NCBI GenBank assembly: GCA_018992685.1
Contig: JACVGT010000037.1
Span: 1-61,323 of the forward strand
Source: Theionarchaea archaeon
GTDB taxonomy: Archaea; Methanobacteriota_B; Thermococci; Methanofastidiosales; SZ-28-30
Reading direction: 5' to 3'
DNA length: 61,323 bases
Within the stretch, counting starts at the first letter, position 1. Each line of letters opens with the position of its first letter. Positions 39,237 through 49,500 of this stretch are shown here, piece after piece. The notes under the pieces are model-generated. The model did not search any database. It was given only the letters and a program-made list of their open reading frames with translations, and had not been told where the DNA came from. The translations under genes were made by a program, and so were the position numbers.

Positions 39237-40244
39237 TCAAATGAACCGGTAGATATCGCCAGTAAACTGTCCTCTATCTAGCTCCCCCTCTATCTTCTTC
39301 AGCAAGAGCAGTCTCTTGAACGTGGAAGGGTGAGTAGAAAATAGATCATTGGCGCTGCCAAAAGGAGACCGGTCTGCCTCTTTCTGCATAGCCAGTTCCA
39401 ATTCATGCTCATCTAGAACTCCATCTCGATCAAGGTCATACTCCATTTTTCTCCTGATAATGTTCTTGATTTCGTCTTTCGATTCCTGGGGGTCACCAAT
39501 ATAGAAGGCACGCAGTCCTGTGGACTCTTTCTGAGAGAGAGACAGCCCGTATGCGATCTTCGTTAAGGCTGACCGCAAATTATGGGGTTCCTTCGTTAGA
39601 TAGGCAGAATAGGTATCAGCAAAGTACTCTCTGGACCTGGAAAGATACAGAACCAGGAGTTCAGAAACAAAATACACCACGTATGAGAGTGCTGCCACTG
39701 CCAAAATTGATGCTGCATCTTTTCTTCTTGCTCCCTTTGTCCAGAAGAAGCCCCTTGCTAAAACGTATGCAACCAGGGGGACAGCAGACGCTGCGGTCAT
39801 GATCGCCATGTCTCGATGCCTGATATGCCCCAGTTCATGGGCAATAACACCCTCAATTTCCTCAGGGCGGAAATTCCTCAATAACCCCTGGTGGACAGCC
39901 AGGGTGGCAGACGAGGTCGAGGTTCCAAAAACAAACGCATTGGGAGTTTCATCAGGGACAACAGCAATTTTGGGAATGGGAAGACCCGCTTTTTTGGACA
40001 GAGTGGCAACAGCGGATTCCAGGAAGGTGTTTTCCCCTTTCTTGAGGTAGTGAAGCCTGGTGGAAGCCCTGATTATGTAAGGAGATAACAGCCATTGGGC
40101 TAGGACAAACAGCAGAACAAGAAAGACAGTGATAAGCACCCCAAAATCGAAAAAATAGGCCAGTACTGATACGACCACGAACATCATCCCAAAGATTAAC
40201 ATCATGGTGATAACCATGTTTCTCCGGAGCACTGCAAGTGACAT
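39237..40244 (-). CDS. htpX: HtpX family (M48) membrane zinc protease with an EF-hand-like insert
   Basis: PNAFVFG, AHELGHIRHRD, SRSREYFAD, STHP; DLDRDGVLDEHE. Confidence 0.92.
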   Translation of the reverse strand: MSLAVLRRNMVITMMLIFGMMFVVVSVLAYFFDFGVLITVFLVLLFVLAQWLLSPYIIRASTRLHYLKKGENTFLESAVATLSKKAGLPIPKIAVVPDETPNAFVFGTSTSSATLAVHQGLLRNFRPEEIEGVIAHELGHIRHRDMAIMTAASAVPLVAYVLARGFFWTKGARRKDAASILAVAALSYVVYFVSELLVLYLSRSREYFADTYSAYLTKEPHNLRSALTKIAYGLSLSQKESTGLRAFYIGDPQESKDEIKNIIRRKMEYDLDRDGVLDEHELELAMQKEADRSPFGSANDLFSTHPSTFKRLLLLKKIEGELDRGQFTGDIYRFI

Positions 40245-40368
40245 GTGATTGAATTGGAATTGAGGATTTAAAAGGTTTCCATTTTCCATCCGCCTGCCAC
40301 ATGACATATTGACTGCCCTTCCAGGCAGACGCTGATGACAAAAGGGTTATTAGGAGATACAGCAATAG

Positions 40369-41184
40369 GTGCCCATGGTAGAAATTGTCGAGAAAGTGGA
40401 CTGTCCAAACTGTGGAGCTCCCCTCAAGATAAAAGCGGGGGAGATTGTGGTTACCTGCGAATACTGCGGAACTGCTGTCAGTCTACGGGCTGACAAGCCC
40501 TTTGTCCTCACGCATTCTATCATTCCAAATAAATTCTCTCAGGAAGAGATTGTAAAGACTGTGAGATCCTGGATGCGTTCAGGGTATGCCATGCCTGGAA
40601 ACTTGGCCACAAAAGCACAGGTACAAAAGGCGAACCTGGTCTTCCTTCCTTTTTACGTGGTGACAGCGCATGCAACTACCACATTCCAGGGAATTCTGAC
40701 CCGCACAGGTGGCAAAACACCTGTTGCAGATACCTTAGCCGGGGAGTACGAGTGGACTGTTCTGGGGAGGAGATCTTCAGAATTCCCCGAACGGGAGTAC
40801 AGAGTACCTCTATCCGGGAAGAGTAGCTTTGATCTCTCTTTGGTGCAGGGAGAATTTCTCAATGCCGAACTGGATGAGAACGAAGCGAGAACACTGGCTG
40901 AGAAGGGAATTGAGGCCAACCAGATATATCTGGTGGGAGAAAAAGCGGACACTATTGAGGAGAGTGAGACGGATATAGAGGTAAAAGAGAGTGAATTCCT
41001 GCACGCTCCTGTCTGGTTCATCGACTACGAGTACCGGGGGAGTACGTACCACGTGCTGGTGGATGGATGTACAGGCCAGATTATCAAAGGAGATATCCCT
41101 CTGGAAGAAAGCGCTTTCCCCTGGGTGTGGGTGGCTGCGGGAGTAGTTATTGTGATGGGAATACTTCTGATTCTTCTGATATGA
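40369..41184 (+). CDS. Zn-ribbon protein with C-terminal TM
   Basis: CPNCGAP..CEYCG, FLPFY, HAPVW...Y.Y.G..Y..LVDG.TG, C-terminal TM. Confidence 0.8.
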   Translation: MPMVEIVEKVDCPNCGAPLKIKAGEIVVTCEYCGTAVSLRADKPFVLTHSIIPNKFSQEEIVKTVRSWMRSGYAMPGNLATKAQVQKANLVFLPFYVVTAHATTTFQGILTRTGGKTPVADTLAGEYEWTVLGRRSSEFPEREYRVPLSGKSSFDLSLVQGEFLNAELDENEARTLAEKGIEANQIYLVGEKADTIEESETDIEVKESEFLHAPVWFIDYEYRGSTYHVLVDGCTGQIIKGDIPLEESAFPWVWVAAGVVIVMGILLILLI

Positions 41185-41284
41185 GAGGGATAAAATCGCA
41201 TATCTCTGGAAGGAAACGCAACACATTTAAGCAGTATGGAAGAAAAGGATATGCTCAGCCATTCACCCTGGAGCTGAGTAGCTA

Positions 41285-42499
41285 TTGAATTGCGAGGTTG
41301 ATCCTGTGGACGTGATTGTGGTCGGAGCTGGTCCTGCTGGCACGATGGCAGCCGAGGCTGTTGCTAAGGAAGGATATGCTGTCACAGTCTTTGAGAAAGG
41401 ACCTTTGAGGAGAGAGAAGCCCTGCGGCGGTGCAGTCTCTTACCGCGTGATGAAGGAATTTGACCTGGACGAAACCCAGAAGTTTTATGAAAGGAGATGC
41501 CTTGGTATTTTCCTGTGTTCTCCCAGGAATGACACGATACTTCTCACTGACAAAGAGGAAGAAGCGGGATATCTTGTTATGCGAGAGAAATTCGACTATC
41601 AGCTGGTTGAGCGGGCCAAGAAAGCTGGAGTCCAGTTCAGAGAGCATACATATGTCAGTCCTCACATAGAAAACGGGAAAATACGGGGTATAAAAACTGA
41701 AGAAACTGCCGAACCATGTGACATTGTCATAGCCTGTGACGGAACGCCTTCTCATTTTGCGCGAACTCTGAATATTTACCGGGGCAATGATTACAATCAG
41801 GCCACAACCTACCAGTACCAGATGCGTCTGGACGATACTGAAATTGACGAGATAATCGGGAACAATATGGAAATCTACTTTGGCCATGAATGGGCACCGT
41901 ACGGGTATTCCTGGATCTTCCCCAAGAGGGGCATACTCACGGTGGGAAACGGAACCTGGCTGTATGCCATTAAGAAGAGAAAGACTAACCTGAAACGTTG
42001 TCTGGATCGGTTTATAAGGGAACACCCCGTGGCCTCAAAGAAGCTGGAGCATGCTGAAATCCTGTATGCTCAATCAGCCATGATGGGATTCACCGGTATT
42101 GCTTCTCCCATATATCTGGACAATTTCATGCTTGCAGGAGATGCGGCTGGATTCGTCTCCGTTCCCACAGGCGAGGGGATATACTTTTCCATGGCATCAG
42201 GACGAATAGCGGGTGAAGTGGCTGTTGAAGCTCTTAGGGCACATGATACCTCTCAACGATTTTTGAAGAGATATAAGAAAAAGACCGACGAGAAGATGGG
42301 AGCTGACATGAGATGGGGATACTGGCTGAGGCGGCTCGTCATGGATAAGGAAAGAAATCAGAACAATCTGGTAAGAGCCTCTTTGAAGGATAGATGGATC
42401 TATGACATGACAGGGCGGCTTATTGGTGGGGAAATCGGGTATAAGACCTTTCTGATGAATTATATATTGAGGCCTGACAAGCTGATCAAGCTGATGTAG
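41285..42499 (+). CDS. Geranylgeranyl reductase family FAD oxidoreductase
   Basis: VVGAGPAG, KPCGG, REKFD, GYSWIFPK, LAGDAAG..P.TGEGI; exact start uncertain. Confidence 0.92.
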   Translation: MNCEVDPVDVIVVGAGPAGTMAAEAVAKEGYAVTVFEKGPLRREKPCGGAVSYRVMKEFDLDETQKFYERRCLGIFLCSPRNDTILLTDKEEEAGYLVMREKFDYQLVERAKKAGVQFREHTYVSPHIENGKIRGIKTEETAEPCDIVIACDGTPSHFARTLNIYRGNDYNQATTYQYQMRLDDTEIDEIIGNNMEIYFGHEWAPYGYSWIFPKRGILTVGNGTWLYAIKKRKTNLKRCLDRFIREHPVASKKLEHAEILYAQSAMMGFTGIASPIYLDNFMLAGDAAGFVSVPTGEGIYFSMASGRIAGEVAVEALRAHDTSQRFLKRYKKKTDEKMGADMRWGYWLRRLVMDKERNQNNLVRASLKDRWIYDMTGRLIGGEIGYKTFLMNYILRPDKLIKLM

Positions 42500-42761
42500 T
42501 TGATCTTCCCATGCAGTGTGCCTTCCGGAATTCGTAACAGGGTTCTTCATACGAAAGACCAATCTTCAGTCTCGATAGGTATGTCTTTGGCTCTGCCTTT
42601 CATATTCAATGTTTCCTTCGTTTCTATAGGTAGTTGCCAGGGTTCATCCTATTGCCTCAGCCAATGCAAGTATTGTCTTTTTGCTCCAGAGGTAACTGGT
42701 TCAAAGGATATACGTTTTCACATCCAGATAGGGAAGGAACAAATCCAATGCTCAAAAGGAA

Positions 42762-43226
42762 TCATGAAACCTGGTCACCATTGTCGCCAGGCAGTTTTCC
42801 TGATTCTCCTTCGATTATCCTGAGTGCTTCTTTCATATTTATGGCATCTTCGATTTTTTTCAGCAGTTCCCTGTCCTCAGTCACCAGAAAAGACTTGCAG
42901 TGCTCGGCTAGTGCAACGTGAACAGCATCGTAGTACGTGATATTGTACAGTTTTGCAGTCTTCAGAGCTCCAGTGAAAAGAATCTCATGTGGCAAGGTGT
43001 ACTCTACATTGAGATAGAAGAGTCTCATCATGTGTTCATCCACATCTATATCAGTATTCCGGCAGTGTTTCAAGAGGGTGTTTCCCACTTCATAGAGGAC
43101 GAGCTCGGATGCAGTCAGTGTAATGTCTGCCAGACTGCCCTTCTGAAATAGTTCCACAGCCTCATGAGAGTCGCCCTCTTCTATGAATAGTTTGGCTATC
43201 ACAGAGGAATCGAGTACCAGATTCAT
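42762..43226 (-). CDS. vapC: VapC (PIN domain) toxin
   Basis: VLDSSVIAK, YEVGN, TYYDAVHVALA, LVTED. Confidence 0.93.
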   Translation of the reverse strand: MNLVLDSSVIAKLFIEEGDSHEAVELFQKGSLADITLTASELVLYEVGNTLLKHCRNTDIDVDEHMMRLFYLNVEYTLPHEILFTGALKTAKLYNITYYDAVHVALAEHCKSFLVTEDRELLKKIEDAINMKEALRIIEGESGKLPGDNGDQVS

Positions 43227-43438
43227 CTAGAATCCCTGTCCTCTCTAATCTCTTCCTCTACAGACTTCTCTCCTGGAGGTAATCTGTGAGCTTCTAACCA
43301 TGTCAATGTTCTCCGTGATCTTTCCTTTTTTAGTTCCCTGATCAGGATATCTCTGATGTATTCACTGGGATTATATCCCAACTCTTCTATCTCTTTCTTG
43401 ATTTTATCATCTACTCTAACAGATATTGTGACACTCAT
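43223..43438 (-). CDS. vapB: VapB (RHH) antitoxin
   Basis: TISVRVDDKIKKE...SEYIR...IREDRDSR; overlaps the vapC start. Confidence 0.88.
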   Translation of the reverse strand: MSVTISVRVDDKIKKEIEELGYNPSEYIRDILIRELKKERSRRTLTWLEAHRLPPGEKSVEEEIREDRDSR

Positions 43439-43611
43439 GGTTACACCCTTGTATACATGAATGCACACAGGAATTTAAACCTATCTGAGAAAGTCTCTCT
43501 TTGATATTGACTCTTGAATCCTCCGGTAACAGCATTTACTTCATATGCTCTAGGATAGTAAATACTCAACGGTTGCACGGCTTATCATTCCCTTCCTAAT
43601 CATTTTCGAAT

Positions 43612-43857
43612 ATGAATATTGGATCAAGTTCTGTACCAGTGAGCGGCCTTGGTTACTTTGATCCACCTGGGATTCTCACTGATGATAAAAGCTGTTATGT
43701 TGTCTGGTCCGCCGAACGGCACAGTGGAGAGAGTAGAAACTCTGATGTATACTGGGCAAAGGTGGACTTAACCGCGGATAATGTTCTGGTAGTGAAGATA
43801 TCGTCTGACCATGAGCAAGAGACGAATGGCTATGTATGTATAATAGTGTATTCATGA
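43612..43857 (+). pseudogene. Possible fragment of a secreted beta-propeller-repeat protein
   Basis: YVVWSAER...NSDVYWAKVD resembles the 'VVW.D.R.GN.DIY' blade motif; no signal peptide, short, overlaps the convergent gene. Confidence 0.35.
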
Positions 43858-44510
43858 GCCAGTCTGCCCAAGTAGTGTGCCTGCTCTTCTGATAGGTGAA
43901 CTTTGAGAATTTCCTCTTCTATATCTCCATATTTTGTGGTGAGCATCTCTTTTCTTTTCTTGGTCCAGGTGGCTTCTATAAAGGCGTGGTCTGCTCCTTT
44001 GACTAGTTCTTCCAGAGAACTGCAGTATGCTGAATCTCCAGTTACGGCCACTATTTTGCTTTTGAAGGTGATTCTATATCCCACTGCTGGCATGGGTGAG
44101 AGAACTCCCTGAGCTGTTGAGCCCGCATGGACAACGAAAAAGGGTTGCACAACAGCGTTTGAGACGGTGTAGAGGTTCCTATCTTCAACTACGGTTATTG
44201 TCATGGGATAGGTAATGGTATCCTGATAACAGGTTTTGAATCCTTTAATGACAGCTTCTACTTCACACGCTCCTGGATGAAAAATATTCAGAGGGGTCGT
44301 GCGACCTATCATTCGCAGATATCCCAGGAGAGAATGCAATCCACCCATATGGTCATAGTGGCCGTGGGTGATCAAGACTGTGTCTAATGTTTGGAAATTG
44401 TAGGATGCTGCAAGAAGGTCGCGGAGGGTTCCGTCCCCTACATCGACGAGTATGTTGTTCAAGAGCATTTGGGTGGCTATGCCGGCTCGTGAGAATAATA
44501 CGGGATTCAT
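43830..44510 (-). CDS. MBL-fold hydrolase, RNase Z/BN-like
   Basis: DVGDG, THGHYDHMGG, GYRI, TGDS, EAT, HLS, IHT. Confidence 0.88.
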   Translation of the reverse strand: MNPVLFSRAGIATQMLLNNILVDVGDGTLRDLLAASYNFQTLDTVLITHGHYDHMGGLHSLLGYLRMIGRTTPLNIFHPGACEVEAVIKGFKTCYQDTITYPMTITVVEDRNLYTVSNAVVQPFFVVHAGSTAQGVLSPMPAVGYRITFKSKIVAVTGDSAYCSSLEELVKGADHAFIEATWTKKRKEMLTTKYGDIEEEILKVHLSEEQAHYLGRLAHEYTIIHT

Positions 44511-44750
44511 AGTACGATTCTCGATTGTGGTTTTTTAAGGTTGAGGGTAGGTTAGATCATTGGATTAGTTTCATGATTCCTGTCTTATACAGAGGTTGCA
44601 TATGCGCGATCTTGTCATTTAAAGAAACAATATACGGGCGAGTTTTATTCTCACTTTTTCAGGCTAATGCTTCAGTCTTCTCTAGGCGGCTAGCATGCAA
44701 AGTGAGGTGGAAGGAACACCCGCCATTACTACCTACCCTTAATGGAGAAA

Positions 44751-44823
44751 CCTGAAAACCGGTAGACTTTTATAGCAAGATTCTAGAAGTTCGCTCATGC
44801 AAGAATACTGAGGTGAATTCATG
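44751..44823 (+). promoter_or_regulatory. Duplicated promoter/RBS block, copy 1
   Basis: CCTGAAAACCGGTAgACTTTTATAG...GCAAGA...TGAGGTGAATTCATG, matches 45713-45784. Confidence 0.75.
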
Positions 44824-45582
44824 AGAATTACATTCCAAGATGTCAAGTCAGCATTGCATTTTTCTTTCTGGGTTGTCGTGGTAATTGGGATTTCTTTTTT
44901 ATGGTTCATTACATTCAACTATTACGTATATGAGAGTGCACTTCCTTTTATTTGTGGCTGTGTCGTTGGATTACTCTCCGGACTATCTCCCCCTAGATCA
45001 TTTCTGGCTTGCTTTCTAGCATTTTTCATTATGGGCATATTCGGCACTTTCGATCCCAGGGATTTCTTCACATTCCTTGCTATCTTTTCCTTCCTGGGCA
45101 TTTTCTGTGGGTTAATTGCCTTTGCGTGCGCAGTGCTGAAGAGAGTCATTCTCAGATCAAGAACTGAACTACTTCACTTGGCTACCTGGCAGTGGGCAGT
45201 TCTCATAGGCGGAGCAGGGGCCTTTGGGGACTTTTTCCTTATTCCCTTTCGACACAATGCTGTTGTTCAAATGCACTATTTTGGCTTATTTCTAAAGTCT
45301 CTTCTGGTGTTCGCAGTAGGATTGTTTGCCATTGGTCTCTACGCAGGAGCCTACTATGACCATGAATACAAGACTTTGATAAGAGACATAACGAAGTTCT
45401 CAGTGGGCGGTCATCTTGTATTTCTTCTCTGCTTTATCATTCTCTTCCTTGTGAGACTCGTTTTCCAAGGAGACATACTATTCCTGCCTGTAATGGGTTT
45501 GCTGTTTCTCTTTCTGTTTGTGGGAACGAGACTGGGCTTTCAGATTTGGAAGAAACCTCATGAGTCGGATGTCGAGACTTGA
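44821..45582 (+). CDS. Polytopic membrane protein, paralog A
   Basis: About 7-8 TMs; shares YE.ALP.ICGC.VG.LSGLSP and LATWQWAVLIGGA with the next gene. Confidence 0.8.
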   Translation: MRITFQDVKSALHFSFWVVVVIGISFLWFITFNYYVYESALPFICGCVVGLLSGLSPPRSFLACFLAFFIMGIFGTFDPRDFFTFLAIFSFLGIFCGLIAFACAVLKRVILRSRTELLHLATWQWAVLIGGAGAFGDFFLIPFRHNAVVQMHYFGLFLKSLLVFAVGLFAIGLYAGAYYDHEYKTLIRDITKFSVGGHLVFLLCFIILFLVRLVFQGDILFLPVMGLLFLFLFVGTRLGFQIWKKPHESDVET

Positions 45583-45712
45583 ATGCGAGGCATGTGATTC
45601 TGGAAAGACTCATTCTCTTCCCTCACGAAAGTGACATCTCTCGCTCTTCCCGTCATTGGAACAGGGACAAGACTCCTTGGCTTGTTTCTTCTGCTCCATG
45701 AACGCCTGAAAG

Positions 45713-45784
45713 CCTGAAAACCGGTAAACTTTTATAGTGGGGTATTGAAGTCTGTTCACGCAAGAGCATTGAGGTGAATTCATG
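45713..45784 (+). promoter_or_regulatory. Duplicated promoter/RBS block, copy 2
   Basis: CCTGAAAACCGGTAaACTTTTATAG...GCAAGA...TGAGGTGAATTCATG. Confidence 0.75.
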
Positions 45785-46513
45785 CATGTCACATTTCAGG
45801 AAACAAAATCCGCACTGTATTTCGGCTTCTGGATTCTCTTTGTGATTGGAGTAATGATTTGGTGGTTTCGCACATTCTTTGATTTCATGTACGAGATTGC
45901 TCTCCCACTGATATGTGGCTGTACTGTCGGTGTGCTCTCGGGATTGTCTCCAGCCAGATTGTTTCTGGCTTGTTTCCTTGGATTTTCTATTGTGGCCATT
46001 TTGATTACTTTAACTTCTGAGGATGTTTTTTGGTTCTTTCTACTTCTAGGCATATCTTGCGGTCTTATTGCACTGGCATGTGCTATGTTGCGAAGAATCA
46101 TCCTTCGATCAAAGACCGAACTCCCCTCTCTAGCAACATGGCAGTGGGCGGTCCTCATTGGCGGGGCCAGTGCACTTGGCGACTTTCTTCTCATTCCAGA
46201 TTCGTATACTGCAGTTGTCCAATTTCACCTTAGCCGGTTGTTTGCTGAGGTCTTGACAGCAATTATGATAGGATTGGCTGGACTAGGTTTATCCTTAGGA
46301 GCTTTCTGCAACTTCGAGCGCCAGAGTCTTGTCAAGAACGTGCTGAAATTCTCATTGGGGGGACACACACTTTTCCTCTTATATTGTGGCTTTCGTCTGG
46401 CCACGGGACATATGTTCTGGAAAGATTCATTCTTTTTTCCTGTGATATTGATATCTCTTACTGTTCTCGTCATAGGAGCAAAGACAGGATATCGATTCAA
46501 AATAAATATGTAA
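45782..46513 (+). CDS. Polytopic membrane protein, paralog B
   Basis: Colinear homolog of 44821-45582. Confidence 0.8.
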   Translation: MHVTFQETKSALYFGFWILFVIGVMIWWFRTFFDFMYEIALPLICGCTVGVLSGLSPARLFLACFLGFSIVAILITLTSEDVFWFFLLLGISCGLIALACAMLRRIILRSKTELPSLATWQWAVLIGGASALGDFLLIPDSYTAVVQFHLSRLFAEVLTAIMIGLAGLGLSLGAFCNFERQSLVKNVLKFSLGGHTLFLLYCGFRLATGHMFWKDSFFFPVILISLTVLVIGAKTGYRFKINM

Positions 46514-46585
46514 GAAGTGCTAATTGATATCAGTACATTCATCTGCAGTTTCTCTTGTCCCTCTAGTTGATTTCAAGAGATTGAT

Positions 46586-49500
46586 TCAATCCATGCATAT
46601 TTCCTCGAAAGCGTATTGGAAGATTCCTTTCCTTGTTTGAAGGATAACAATGAGGACTCCTTGTTTATTGTCTTCGGTTCCTTTCGCAGTAAGCTGGGTA
46701 TAGCCCTTGGCTCTGTGGTAGATCAAATGTATCCTAGTATCTCCAATTAGTAAGAACTGATTGAGTCTCTTGATGCTGCTTCCTTCGATAAGGTACTCGA
46801 TTTTCAATTGATTCTCCGGAAGAGATACTGGCTGGCTATTGTATTTCAAATTTACGATTTCTGCCTTGATTTCCCTGCCTACACTTTGGATTTCTACTGC
46901 AAGTTCTGTTGTGTTTCCTGCGTCATCAGTGAGGGTATAGGTGCGAATCTTTCTATTCTTCGAACTTTCCTCATCAATGAAGATTTTTGTAGAAGATAGA
47001 TTGTCCACCCCTCGAACTTTCACATCCTCACTGGAGATATCAAAGAAGAGTTCAGCTTCAGGTGGGGTGCGGTCCAGGAGATACTGAATGGATAGTTCGT
47101 TGTTTGATTCCGATGTCTCATCAATTGAATTATCGGGGTCCACACTGACAAGAAAAGTATAGAAGCCATCAGGGAGTGAACAGTGAATGGAAGCAGGAGT
47201 GGTCTCCCCAGGAGATATAGACACAATTTGCTCTCCCAGAAAGATTCTCTCAGAGGAAGAACCTGCAAAGAACTGAATTTTCGCACTGTCTGCAGAGAGA
47301 AGTCCCTTATTTGAAACCGATGCGGTGACAGCAATTTCCTCCTGGCGTACTGGGGATACTGTTATCTCCTCAGGTGTCAATTCTGCCCGTGAAGAAGCAG
47401 TGAGTGATATATCAGCTGTCATGTCGTCATCTTCAAAGGATGTAGCTTCAACGCGGACGGTATAATCCTGAACTGGTATGTTTGAGGGACTAGTGACTCT
47501 CAATAGAATGGTGGCAGATTCCCCCGAATTTAGCGATATCACTTCAGATGAGAGTGCATGTGACCAGGTGAAAGGCGTATCCACCTCCAGGATAAAGGTA
47601 GACGGCTCTCCTTCGTTGACGAGAGTGAGTTCATAGATCATCTCTTCGCCCACTCGAAGAGGGTTGATGGGGGACTGGCTGGATAGCTCTACGGATACAG
47701 GCAAAACAGTAAAATCAGTAGTCCCATCACTATCTGTATCAACACTTAGTGATAGATCTGATCTTAAGTCAAGCACTCCCCTAGTAGAAACAGTCACTGG
47801 AACATCTCTATATTTCACTGTCTTTGTGGTATTCCAGAGGCTTGTGACACAGACCAGGTCAAGAGTTCCCTCACCTGTACCAGCTACTTCTACCTGGTAC
47901 TGATCAATTCCTTGGATGATGTAGAACTCTTCTTCATCACAATCTTGAACACAGGCATTTGGGATCTCCTGCACGAATTCCCCATTTACAATCCCCAGCC
48001 TCTGTCCACGGCTATTGACAATAAGCATGTCAACAGGACAGGAGAGGGAAAAAAGGGTGTAAGGACTTTCGATAGTCTGTGGACTGTTGTGATAATGAGT
48101 GAAAGCCCATTCTAGAGGATTGTTCCAAATATCTTCGTGACACATAGGACCGTAGGGACCCGATTCCCACATCCAACATCCAAAATTGTAAGTATTAAAA
48201 CGTGACTCGGCCGGTTCTCCAACAAGGACTCCCCAATTTCCTCTAAACCATAACCAGGATTGGTTTGTTAGGGTAGATATTCCTGACATTACTCCTTTCC
48301 AGCCGTCATCAGATGTCTCATCCACATCCAAAAAGCCAAAAGAGCCTTCACTGAAATATTCTCTGTGAGACCCCCTTGCCACATAGATTGCAGGATGAGT
48401 ACCTTTCTTTTCTATCTCTTCCCAAAGACGATATTCAGCATCATCATCCCTAGAAATACACAGTCCAATGGGGTTCTTGGTCTGTTTATCCAGAAGTACT
48501 TGAGCTACCTCCCAGTCTCCTTCATGATCAATGTAGCGATCATCGAATATATAGAAGAACCAGTACTGAATTATAATATACTCCACCCTCTCATATCCAA
48601 AACAATCGACTCTGCAGTATACGTGTCGATCACTGGTCTGTTCATTTATGAGGGAAGCGTCTATCCCGCAGTGCTCGTGATTCAAATCCAGAAAGTGGTC
48701 GGGGGTAGGGTGTATGGAAAGGACCTCCAGTTTTTCTGAAGTGTCAGCTGCTTGAGCGAATTCAAGGATTTCTACTCTACTGGTTTCACTGTCTCCAGCA
48801 AGTTCATATCGCCACAACGTTGAATTCTCCAACATGGTTTCCACAGGGGTTGGGAAGAACTTTTCTTCTTCGCCAATTCCCCCGTAAAAGTACATATATG
48901 GACTGTACATCTGGATGAGATCATCGATTTCCTCTTCCGGGATTTCACAGGAAAATCTACCCCTATGCTTCACTTCGAACTCAAAAGTCTGGGGTACATA
49001 GCATACATCGTACTCATCAAAAGGATGGATTTCCACGTGGTAAATCCCTGCAACTGTGGGAGTGTAAGAAGCTTCATAGACACCGGGAGATACCTCCTCC
49101 CACTCCAGATCATCTGAATGATCTTCGCGGGTCACCTTACCTGAAATACCAGAAACGGGATTTCCACCATCATCTGTGGCCGTAGCTGTCATGTGGACAG
49201 TCTCATTCTCTTCATAGACTGGGGGATTTCTGTCAAACTGTAAGGTAATACACCCTCCATAACAGACCTCAAACGTCGTGGAAGCATCAGCATCATTATA
49301 TAAAGCTTTCTCAGCAGTCACGGAAATGTGGTACCTCCCCTCCATGGGAATAGTATGCCAGCTGCATTCATACTGTTCTTCCTCCTGGTTCCAGGTCCAC
49401 ATCCCTGGAGGCATTTCCTCTTCTGTTTCATCTGGCAAGACGACTGTCCCTGTTATGGTATCGACCTGGATTCTCTTCCCTGTGAATTGGTCAGTGACAT

